DNA of 64,000 nucleotides, taken from assembly GCA_018399255.1 (NCBI GenBank), contig JAGYPA010000018.1:1060-65059 (forward strand), given 5' to 3'. The DNA comes from Spirochaetales bacterium (GTDB taxonomy: Bacteria; Spirochaetota; Spirochaetia; JABMQR01). The position numbers and the translations under genes were made by a program. Shown here one piece after another: positions 56,204 to 64,000 of the stretch (its first letter is position 1; each line of letters begins with the position of its first letter). Under the pieces are notes generated by a model. That model was given only the letters and a program-made list of their open reading frames with translations. It was not told where the DNA came from and searched no databases.

Positions 56204-57214
56204 GTGGCGGAAACAAAGCCTGCTTCTTCAGCTGTCCCTGCTGCAGACATTCTTGACAGATCTGCCGCTGACCCTCTTTACCTGCAGCTTAAGGCACACT
56301 TTGCTGAGCGCATTCTGCAGGGAGACTACACCGGAAGCAAGCTGCCGACCGTCAGGGATGCCGCTTCTGCCTACGGGGTGAGCATGAATACCGTTTTGAG
56401 GGCCTACGAAGGACTCCGGCAGGACGGCTATATTTCCGGTACCGTCGGCAGGGGAACGTTCGTAACCACAACCAAGGAAGAGCTGCACCGGCACAACCGC
56501 GGCTATCAGCTCCAGACATTCATCCGGCATGCCCTCGAAGAAGCCCTCTCCTTCGGTTACACTCTGGACGATTTTGCCCGGGAGGTGGAAAGCTTCATAG
56601 CACGGAAACGCGAAAACCTGGCTCAGATTCAGCTGATTTTTATTGAATGCAATATTGAGCAGCTCCGCTATTTCACCGAACACCTGGATCTCGACCCGTC
56701 CATCCACCGCATTCCCCTGCTTCTAGCCGATCTGCAGGAGGGCATTCGCAGCGGCGACAAGATCGTCCTGGATACTGTTAAAAAAAGCGATCTCATTCTG
56801 ACCAGTTTCTACCATATGCGTGAAGTGGCGGAACTGATACACCGTTGGGAAAAACCGCTGATAGGCATAAATCTGGAACCGGAAATCAGCACTATTGTGG
56901 AAATTGCAAAAATACCGACAGATTCAACTATCGGAATCGTCACTTCCAGTGAAAAGTTCCTGAATATCATTAAGGAGGAGCTGCACCGGCTGAATCTCAA
57001 TTTTTCCTCCATTCTGGAGACAACCTCCCGTGATGAAGAGACCATCATGCATCTGGTATCCCGCTGCAGCACCATCCTGGTCTCTCCGAAGCAGAAGCGC
57101 ATTGTCAGCCAATATGTCGGAAAAGAGCAGAAAATCATAGAATTCATTTTTACGCCCGACCGCACTTCCATCAACAATATCAAAGTCGCTGTGATGGAAC
57201 TCCATGCCAGGTAG
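56204..57214 (+). CDS. GntR-family regulator (YtrA-like wHTH) with long C-terminal effector region
   Basis: GTG start after AGGAGG. PLYLQL...KLPTVRD...VSMNTVLRAY...GRGTFV. Confidence 0.88.
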   Translation: MAETKPASSAVPAADILDRSAADPLYLQLKAHFAERILQGDYTGSKLPTVRDAASAYGVSMNTVLRAYEGLRQDGYISGTVGRGTFVTTTKEELHRHNRGYQLQTFIRHALEEALSFGYTLDDFAREVESFIARKRENLAQIQLIFIECNIEQLRYFTEHLDLDPSIHRIPLLLADLQEGIRSGDKIVLDTVKKSDLILTSFYHMREVAELIHRWEKPLIGINLEPEISTIVEIAKIPTDSTIGIVTSSEKFLNIIKEELHRLNLNFSSILETTSRDEETIMHLVSRCSTILVSPKQKRIVSQYVGKEQKIIEFIFTPDRTSINNIKVAVMELHAR

Positions 57215-57279
57215 CTTTATAGTCGGCTCCAGCACCAGGCCCGGAACCGGCGAGTGCAGTCTATTGCCAGGAGGCATTC

Positions 57280-58530
57280 ATGACCAGAAAAATCACAGAA
57301 CCCACATTTAACCAATTTTTTGCCCCGAGGTATAAAATCCCCGTTCCCCGCCTGCTTACCGGGGATTCCGGCTTATCTGAAATTAAACGATCGCTGGAAG
57401 CCTGGGGCGGTGAAGGTCTGGTAAAACCTGATGTCCTGGCAGGAAAGCGCGGAAAAGCCGGCTCAATAAGAGCAGTAGGCAGTGCTCAGGCTGCCGTAAA
57501 GGAACTTAACCGTACTGCTGGAATGGAAGTAAACGGCATCATTCCCCGCGGGGCTTATCTTGTGGAGAAAATACCGGCCAAGTGGGAAGTCTTTACCGCG
57601 ATCACCTACAGCACGGCTCACCTCGGACCGGTTCTCACTCTCTCCCTTGAAGGCGGAATTGATATCGAGCAAGTCAGCAGGAACAAGCAAGTCTCCATCC
57701 CCATTGATATTTTTGAGGGGCTGGATGCCTACCAGGCCAGTGAAGCCCTGCTGAACCTCGGCTACCCTCAAAAACTGATAAGCTCCTTCTCCCGGGTCCT
57801 CATCGCCTTCTGGGATATGTTCATATCCACCGGCATGGAAACTGCGGAAATCAACCCCTGGCGGATAACTCCCGACGGAAAACCCTATGCCTGTGATTTC
57901 AAGGGAAGCTTTGACGAATCAAACTATAAATGCCGCATCCCGGGCATCACCTATCCGGAGTATCCTTCAAATACGACCGATTTCGAGGATGAGATGCAGG
58001 AATGGGATGCCGCATCGCATCAGGGTCAAGCCCATGTATCCGATCTTGGCGGCAGCAAAATTCTGCCCCTGCTCTTTGGGGGCGGCGCTTCCACGATCAT
58101 AACGGAAATACTTCACGCATCTGGAGGGGATCCCGTTTTCCTCTCAGATTTCGGCGGCAATCCACCGTATGAGCGCATGTACGGTACAGCAAAACGCTGT
58201 TTCGACTATCATCTCGGGCATGCGGAGCTGCTGCTGATTCTCGGCGGCAAAGCTAATAATACCTTTGTCGACGTTACCTTTCAGGCCATTGCCGATGCCC
58301 TTTCCGATTACTGCCGTGAACACGGACCGCTTACCATTCCGGTGGTTATCGGCCGCGGCGGACCCAAGCTGGTGAAAGGATTTCTCGTGATGAGGCAGAC
58401 GCTTGAACAGCTTCACCTCCCCTACGTAATATTCGGACCTGATACACCGGTAACCATGGCAGCAGAATATGCTGCCCGGCTGGTTAACGCGCTGCCGAAA
58501 AAACAGGAGGAACAGGAACATGTCAGCTGA
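57280..58530 (+). CDS. aclB: ATP-citrate lyase beta-like subunit (ATP-grasp plus substrate-binding domain), divergent
   Basis: VKPDVLAGKRGKAG, EGGIDIE, EINP, GGGAS, DFGGNP, GGKANNT, RGGP, FGPDT match the AclB motif order. Confidence 0.75.
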   Translation: MTRKITEPTFNQFFAPRYKIPVPRLLTGDSGLSEIKRSLEAWGGEGLVKPDVLAGKRGKAGSIRAVGSAQAAVKELNRTAGMEVNGIIPRGAYLVEKIPAKWEVFTAITYSTAHLGPVLTLSLEGGIDIEQVSRNKQVSIPIDIFEGLDAYQASEALLNLGYPQKLISSFSRVLIAFWDMFISTGMETAEINPWRITPDGKPYACDFKGSFDESNYKCRIPGITYPEYPSNTTDFEDEMQEWDAASHQGQAHVSDLGGSKILPLLFGGGASTIITEILHASGGDPVFLSDFGGNPPYERMYGTAKRCFDYHLGHAELLLILGGKANNTFVDVTFQAIADALSDYCREHGPLTIPVVIGRGGPKLVKGFLVMRQTLEQLHLPYVIFGPDTPVTMAAEYAARLVNALPKKQEEQEHVS

Positions 58531-60595
58531 AACACTTTCAAAACTTCTAAAAAAAGGCGATCGGATTGCAGTATCCAATATAACGGGGAGAGAAGCTTCT
58601 CAGGTTACTGCAGTAAGCCAGAAGTACTGCGGCAATATAGTGGGAGGCTGGGCCCTGGGAAAAGGCGGCCAGGTGGTGGACACTCCCAAAGGTCCGGTGC
58701 AGGTATTTGCCAATTTTGAGGAACTGCTCAGACTGGTCCCGAGTAAAAAGCACCCGAACAAGATCCTGATTTACTCGCCGCCTGAGGCGGTATACGGCGA
58801 AGTGAAGGAGATCCTGAAATACGGGACCGGCACGGTGGAAACGTTGTTCATTGTCACTGAGCATGTAGCGGTAGAGGTTACGGCAAAACTGCATCGTCTA
58901 TGCCGCCAGGCTGGTATTGATGTGGCAGGCTGCAATACTTTGGGAATGATAAACACTCATGACCATGTCCGTATCGGAGCTGTAGGCGGCGACACCCCGG
59001 ATGAATCGTTCAAGCCCGGATCGGTAACCATCATCTCCAATTCGGGAAATATGGTTAACACCATAGCCGGATACCTCGCTTCGGTAGGGCTCAGGGTCTC
59101 ATTCGGTATCTCTACGGGCAAGGACCGTCTCATCCTTACCCCCCTCAAGCGCCTTCTCGAGTTGGCCGAGCATGATGAGCATACCCGGATCATCGTCCTC
59201 TATATTGAGCCCGGCGGCACCTACGAGGCTGAAGCAGTGGCATGGATGAAAGATCATGCTTTTTCTAAACCCGTTATCGTTTATGTCGGGGGAGAACTTG
59301 CTGAAAAAGCTGATATAACTCTCGGCCATGCCGGGGCGGTCATTGAGGGAAAGGCCAGTTCAGCCAGCGGGAAAAAGCAGCTGTTCGATGACTATTTTGG
59401 ATCCGCTCCCTTTAATCAAGCCATGACTGCTCAGCAGTACCAGCAGAAACCGGAAGCTTTGGCAAAAGGCCTGCGGGTAACCATCCTGCATCATATCCCG
59501 GCAGCAGCCGATCTTATATATCAGGTTCTGGGCTATACCCGTGATACTACCCGCTTCCAGCCCCTTACGCTCAATCCCTGGTTTGTCAATCTGCACAATC
59601 TCGGCAAAGCACTGCCGGCTGAACTGGCTTTGGCCGCAGGAACAATTCCCGAACCGCACCTGAGTCAATATAAGCTGCTGGTAAAAGGGTTTTCCGATTC
59701 CATGATTCGCCAGCCTATGAGAAACGCATCCCATGCCAGCTCGAATGACGGGGCAGTTCCCCGAGTTTATGGTATCTCATTAGCCGATCTGATGGAAAAA
59801 CGGTCGTTTGTCGCCAGCCTGGTGCTCTACTGGACCGGGAGACTTCCGAATGACATATTTGAAGAGCATCTTGTCGAAATGACCTTGATCGCCTCGCTTA
59901 CCAATGGCCCGGGCACCATCTCCGCCCAGGGTTCCAAACTCTCAGCTTCTGCCGGAAACCGTCCCCACACGGCCATGATCGGTACTCTGGCTTCGATAGG
60001 CGAGGTTCATGGCGGCAATGGATCCAAGGCTGCAGCCTACCTGCTCGATATTTTCTCGGATTCCGGGTTGAAGGATCCCTACGATCCCGAATTTACCACC
60101 TATCCCTTGGCAAAAAAAGCCGCGGCGGCTTTCAGGAGGAAAAAGGAGGCGGCAAAGGCCATCGGCCTTGAATACGAAAGAATACCCTGCCTGGGTCATC
60201 CGGTATTCACTGGTGAGGAGATCAACTACGATCCGCGGGAACGGGTAATTTCGGAATTTATCAGAAAAAGTAATCGCCGCCAGGTATTTCTGGATTTTTA
60301 CCTGCAGCTGGCGGCAGCGCTCAAGGCTAACGGGGCTGCTCCCCGGGTTATGGCGGTTAATGTCGATGCCGCCCTGGCCTGCATCTGGCTGGGTATTTGC
60401 TGGAAATCGCTGATTGACAAGGAGATTACAACGCAGCGGGTTATAGATCTCCCTTTTGCCGCCTTTGCTCTTGGAAGGGCCGCCGGAGGGGCTGGGGAGT
60501 TTTTTGATCATCAGGATTTCGGGACAGCCATGGATATGCGAATTCCGGTTAATGAATGCCGTTCGCTCACCCGCCCGGCAAAGCTTTCTCCCTGA
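58520..60595 (+). CDS. aclA: ATP-citrate lyase alpha-like subunit (SucD-like CoA-binding/phospho-His domain fused to a citrate-synthase-fold lyase), divergent
   Basis: PGSVTIISNSGNM, IEPGG, LGHAGA; lyase part NGPGTISA, HGGNG, IPCLGHP, NVD. Confidence 0.75.
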   Translation: MSAETLSKLLKKGDRIAVSNITGREASQVTAVSQKYCGNIVGGWALGKGGQVVDTPKGPVQVFANFEELLRLVPSKKHPNKILIYSPPEAVYGEVKEILKYGTGTVETLFIVTEHVAVEVTAKLHRLCRQAGIDVAGCNTLGMINTHDHVRIGAVGGDTPDESFKPGSVTIISNSGNMVNTIAGYLASVGLRVSFGISTGKDRLILTPLKRLLELAEHDEHTRIIVLYIEPGGTYEAEAVAWMKDHAFSKPVIVYVGGELAEKADITLGHAGAVIEGKASSASGKKQLFDDYFGSAPFNQAMTAQQYQQKPEALAKGLRVTILHHIPAAADLIYQVLGYTRDTTRFQPLTLNPWFVNLHNLGKALPAELALAAGTIPEPHLSQYKLLVKGFSDSMIRQPMRNASHASSNDGAVPRVYGISLADLMEKRSFVASLVLYWTGRLPNDIFEEHLVEMTLIASLTNGPGTISAQGSKLSASAGNRPHTAMIGTLASIGEVHGGNGSKAAAYLLDIFSDSGLKDPYDPEFTTYPLAKKAAAAFRRKKEAAKAIGLEYERIPCLGHPVFTGEEINYDPRERVISEFIRKSNRRQVFLDFYLQLAAALKANGAAPRVMAVNVDAALACIWLGICWKSLIDKEITTQRVIDLPFAAFALGRAAGGAGEFFDHQDFGTAMDMRIPVNECRSLTRPAKLSP

Positions 60596-60648
60596 AGTTT
60601 AAATTTTGACGTTTGAAGTTTGAAGCCTGAAATCTCAGACTTCAGGCC
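60593..60648. terminator. Hairpin between convergent genes, within a degenerate 7-bp repeat
   Basis: GCCTGAA-ATCTCAGAC-TTCAGGC stem; TGAAGTT-like heptamers. Confidence 0.4.
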
Positions 60649-60653
60649 GGCTT

Positions 60654-61418
60654 TCAGAGCATTTTCTCGAGAAAGGTTTTAATGCGGGGATGGTCGGGGT
60701 CAGTGAACAGTTTGTCCGGAGCGGCATCCTCAAGAATTCTGCCGTCATCCATAAAAATGACCCGGTCGGAAACCTCACGGGCAAACGTCATCTCGTGGGT
60801 AACCACCAGCATAGTAATGCGTTCAGAAGCAAGCTGCTTGATAACCTGCAGCACTTCACCAATAAGCTCGGGATCCAGCGCGCTTGTCGGCTCATCAAAA
60901 AGCATAATGTCCGGTCCCATAGCCAGGGCCCTTGCTATTGCCACCCGCTGCTTCTGTCCGCCGGAAAGATAACAGGGGTAGGTATCCCGCTTATCGGAGA
61001 GCCCCACCTTGGCCAGCATCTCCTCACCCCGGATTTCAGCCTGTTTTTTATCCTGTTTAGCCACAACCAGCAGGGCTTCGGTAACGTTCTCTAGCGCGGT
61101 TTTATGAGGAAACAGATTGAAATTCTGAAACACCATCCCCAGCTTTCGGCAGCGGTGGCGAACCTGCCGCTCATGGGGAGTATGCACCACCCCTTCGGCG
61201 GAAGTGGTAACAATCGGCTCTCCCTCTATATGAATAGATCCGGCGCTTGCTTTTTCCAGATGAATGAGGCATCGCAGAAGGGTGCTTTTCCCCGATCCCG
61301 AGGGCCCGATGATGGAAATTATCTCACCCTGACTGACCGTGAGGTCCACCCCTTTGAGCACTTCGAGATTTCCAAAATTCTTCCGCAGTCCCTTTGCTGA
61401 TATCATCTCTCTATTCAT
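60654..61418 (-). CDS. Polar amino acid ABC transporter ATP-binding protein
   Basis: [47 protein letters not shown]. Confidence 0.96.
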   Translation of the reverse strand: MNREMISAKGLRKNFGNLEVLKGVDLTVSQGEIISIIGPSGSGKSTLLRCLIHLEKASAGSIHIEGEPIVTTSAEGVVHTPHERQVRHRCRKLGMVFQNFNLFPHKTALENVTEALLVVAKQDKKQAEIRGEEMLAKVGLSDKRDTYPCYLSGGQKQRVAIARALAMGPDIMLFDEPTSALDPELIGEVLQVIKQLASERITMLVVTHEMTFAREVSDRVIFMDDGRILEDAAPDKLFTDPDHPRIKTFLEKML

Positions 61419-62058
61419 ACACGGCATACCTCTTTTCCAGCTTCCTGAAAAGCACAACAAGCAGGTAGTTGAGTGCCAGATAAATTCCTGCCGCGATAAT
61501 AAACGGGCTTATAGTAAAATCACGGGATACGATCTCTTTGGAATTCCTCAGAATCTCACCGATCCCGAGCACCACCACCAGGGCGGTATCCTTTACCAGG
61601 GTAATTGCTTCGTTGGAAACCGGGGGAAGCACACGCTTTACCGTCTGGGGAAGTACTATCCGCAGCATTGTCTGGGAATAGCTCATGCCGAGAACCCGGG
61701 AAGCCTCATACTGTCCCCGTTCTATCGACTGAATGCCGCCTCGGAATATTTCGGTAAAGTAGGCCCCGTAATTGAGGATGAAGGTAACGGCAGCAGCAGT
61801 AAAACGCTCAAACCGAAGCCCGGGAATAAGAATAGGCAGCCCGTAATAGACAAAGAAGAGCTGCAGCAGCAGGGGGGTTCCCCGCACAATAGAGGTATAA
61901 AGCTCCATTAACAGCCGCAGCGATTTTACTTTCGATGTTTTTCCCATGGCACAGAGAAACCCTAACGGCAGGGATACCGCCAGGGTTATAATAAAGAGCT
62001 TCAGGGTGACGCCGGCCCCCTGAAATATATATCCGGTTGTCTGCAGCAGATAATCCAT
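61411..62058 (-). CDS. Polar amino acid ABC permease
   Basis: [34 protein letters not shown]. Confidence 0.95.
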   Translation of the reverse strand: MDYLLQTTGYIFQGAGVTLKLFIITLAVSLPLGFLCAMGKTSKVKSLRLLMELYTSIVRGTPLLLQLFFVYYGLPILIPGLRFERFTAAAVTFILNYGAYFTEIFRGGIQSIERGQYEASRVLGMSYSQTMLRIVLPQTVKRVLPPVSNEAITLVKDTALVVVLGIGEILRNSKEIVSRDFTISPFIIAAGIYLALNYLLVVLFRKLEKRYAVYE

Positions 62059-62089
62059 AGGCGTTCGGGCCGTTCAGCAGGCTTGAAGC

Positions 62090-62902
62090 CTAGCGGTCCA
62101 GCAGAACGTCCTCATCAAACCATTTTTCAGAAATTGCAGCTGCAGTGCCGTCGACAGCCATTTCGTCAAGGATACGGTCAACCTCGGCGGCAAAAGCCAG
62201 TTCTCCCAGCCTGAATCCGATTCCATACTCTTCCGCAGCAAAGAAGTCTGTGGCTACGGCAAAAACTCCCGGTTTTTTGGAGATGTAATAGCGTCCGAGG
62301 ATTTCATCCACTACCACTGCATCTACTCGCCCGATCTCCAGATCCATCAGTGCCTGGACATTGTCCTGATATTTGAAGAGTTCATCAAAGGACTGCAAAG
62401 CAGCAGGGTCGGAATTTACCGCATCTTCGGCACTGCTTCCCAACTGGATACCTACCTTGGCACCGTCGAGGTCCGCTTTCAGGTCTATTCCGGAGTCTGC
62501 CTGAACTATGACTATCTGCCGGTTGGCTATATAAGGTTTGGAAAATGTAATCATTTCCTTTCGTTCATCAGTAATGGTAAGTCCGTTCCAGATAACATCG
62601 ATATCGCGACTGTTCAGATCGAGAATCTTGGCATCCCAGTCAATCGGCTGAAATCTGAGGGAAACGTCCATACGAGCGGCTACTTCCTTGGCTAGATCGA
62701 TATCAAAACCGGCAATATTGCCATTTTCATCACGGAACCCCATGGGAGGAAAACTGTCATCGAGACCGAGTACCAATTCTCCCTTATCAAGGATGTAGTT
62801 CAGTGAGTTGTCAGCATCGGAAGTCTCCTGGGCACCGGCGGCAAACAGCAGTCCGGACACGGCTAAAGCAAGCAGTAAGGCAATAATCTTTTTCATGTGC
62901 AT
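62090..62902 (-). CDS. Polar amino acid ABC substrate-binding protein
   Basis: Signal peptide ...FAAGAQE; FPPMGFRD, GFDIDLA, IWNGLTITDER, EEYGIGFR. Confidence 0.94.
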   Translation of the reverse strand: MHMKKIIALLLALAVSGLLFAAGAQETSDADNSLNYILDKGELVLGLDDSFPPMGFRDENGNIAGFDIDLAKEVAARMDVSLRFQPIDWDAKILDLNSRDIDVIWNGLTITDERKEMITFSKPYIANRQIVIVQADSGIDLKADLDGAKVGIQLGSSAEDAVNSDPAALQSFDELFKYQDNVQALMDLEIGRVDAVVVDEILGRYYISKKPGVFAVATDFFAAEEYGIGFRLGELAFAAEVDRILDEMAVDGTAAAISEKWFDEDVLLDR

Positions 62903-62966
62903 CAATTCTCCATTCGTAGTATGTTTTCAATTCGGGCAGTATAAAATACTTTTCCTGTTTAGTAAA

Positions 62967-63923
62967 TCATGGGAGCAGGACTATTCGTCCGTAAGCAGGC
63001 GATTCGATAACCCTTCGATGGGCATCTGCAGCCCGCGAAAGGGGAAACTCCCTGCCTGCCACCGGAGTCAGCGTTCCGGATCTCAATCCGTCATCGATGT
63101 AGGCATACATCGCGGCAGTCTCCTCCGGCGGCGTCCCCATAACTCCCAGGATTGCCGCATTTTTCCGCATCAGGTCCCGCGGAGTTATGGTCACATCACC
63201 GCGGCTGCCGATCACTACCACTCTGCCGTTTTGCGCCAGAACAGGCAAGTCATTGCCAAGATTGACATTGGCCAGCATTTCCAGTATAACGTCGACGCCG
63301 CTGCCCCCGGCAGATTCGACAATATGGTCATAATGGCCGGGATCGCTGTGATCAGCAGCAAAGCCTGCTCCCTGTTCCAGAATAAGACTGCGGCCAAGTT
63401 CTGTCCCGGATGTGCCGACAACCCGCATTCCCCCGGATACCGCCATCTGCAGGGCTGCCAGTCCCACTCCGCCGCTCGCTCCATGAATGAGAATCGTCTC
63501 TCCTCTCACCGCCCGGGCCCGCAGAAAAAGCGCACTGTAGGCGGTGGTATAGGCTGTCCCGATTCCCGCCCCCTGACTGAAGGAAAGTCGGTCGGGAAGA
63601 GGATGGATCTGCGCTGCATCGCAAAGCGTCAGCTCAGCATATGCTCCGGTTATCGTGCCGCTGCAGTAGACTCGATCCCCGGGGACAAACCCGGTTATGC
63701 CGGTCCCAACAGCCTCCACAACTCCGGCAGCATTGCTTCCCGGCGTATAAGGCAGCTGCGGCGCATACCCCTGGCTGCCTGACCGTATATAGGTATCGAC
63801 AGGATTGACTCCTGCGGCATATACACGGACTACCGCCTGATTATCTCCAGGAACCGGATCCGGCAGGTTTTCCACGCGCATCACTTCTGGACCGCCGCAT
63901 TGCCTCACTTGAACAGCTCGCAT
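62967..63923 (-). CDS. NADPH:quinone reductase (zeta-crystallin/MDR family)
   Basis: GVNPVDTYIRSG, PYTPG, HGASGGVG, VVIGSRG. Confidence 0.92.
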   Translation of the reverse strand: MRAVQVRQCGGPEVMRVENLPDPVPGDNQAVVRVYAAGVNPVDTYIRSGSQGYAPQLPYTPGSNAAGVVEAVGTGITGFVPGDRVYCSGTITGAYAELTLCDAAQIHPLPDRLSFSQGAGIGTAYTTAYSALFLRARAVRGETILIHGASGGVGLAALQMAVSGGMRVVGTSGTELGRSLILEQGAGFAADHSDPGHYDHIVESAGGSGVDVILEMLANVNLGNDLPVLAQNGRVVVIGSRGDVTITPRDLMRKNAAILGVMGTPPEETAAMYAYIDDGLRSGTLTPVAGREFPLSRAADAHRRVIESPAYGRIVLLP

Positions 63924-63941
63924 ATATCTCCTCCTCATCCC

Positions 63942-63998
63942 TCAGCTCTGCTGGAATACAGTGTATCCTAAATCAATTCCCGCAAAAACCCCCAAACA
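63942..63998 (-). CDS. Possible 3' end of an upstream gene, truncated by the window edge
   Basis: Open frame ...CLGVFAGIDLGYTVFQQS* ends just before the RBS of the next gene. Confidence 0.3.
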   Translation of the reverse strand, partial: CLGVFAGIDLGYTVFQQS

Positions 63999-64000
63999 AA

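Noticed and set aside
57280-60595. Evidence of autotrophic reductive TCA carbon fixation
   Set aside because: No other rTCA genes are in the window, the active site is divergent, and the surrounding genes indicate sugar heterotrophy.

Overview
64 kb of bacterial chromosome, roughly 50% GC and almost entirely coding. The 'FAxGxxE'-type signal peptides on the solute-binding proteins suggest a free-living Spirochaetales organism (inference). No rRNA, tRNA, CRISPR array, transposase or phage gene was seen. In order, the window contains: transport/lipid genes; a LacI-controlled GH15/ABC/GH66 alpha-1,6-glucan utilisation operon; a sigma-54 two-component system driving a Ktr/Trk K+ uptake operon; a 19 kb kinase-free catabolic cluster (SDR, sugar ABC transporter, IolG-like dehydrogenase, TIM-barrel isomerase, atypical M24 hydrolase, CoA-acylating aldehyde dehydrogenase, divergent SucCD, acetoin-dehydrogenase-like E1/E2/E3, FadR, LarA family) with shared FadR-type operators; a solitary MORC-like GHKL ATPase; a membrane LuxR regulator with an oxidoreductase; a MoxR/DUF58 operon; a pan/coa operon headed by a tandem pan-motif-like RNA; a GntR-regulated divergent ATP-citrate-lyase-like pair; and an amino-acid ABC transporter. 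The best candidate for an undescribed system is the 19.8-39.2 kb cluster, read here as a possible non-phosphorylative cyclitol/sugar cleavage pathway. The ACL-like operon is second. Two stretches (about 8.1-9.3 kb and 12.9-14.3 kb) are full of indels that look like consensus errors. All functional calls come from motif recognition by eye; no database search was run.
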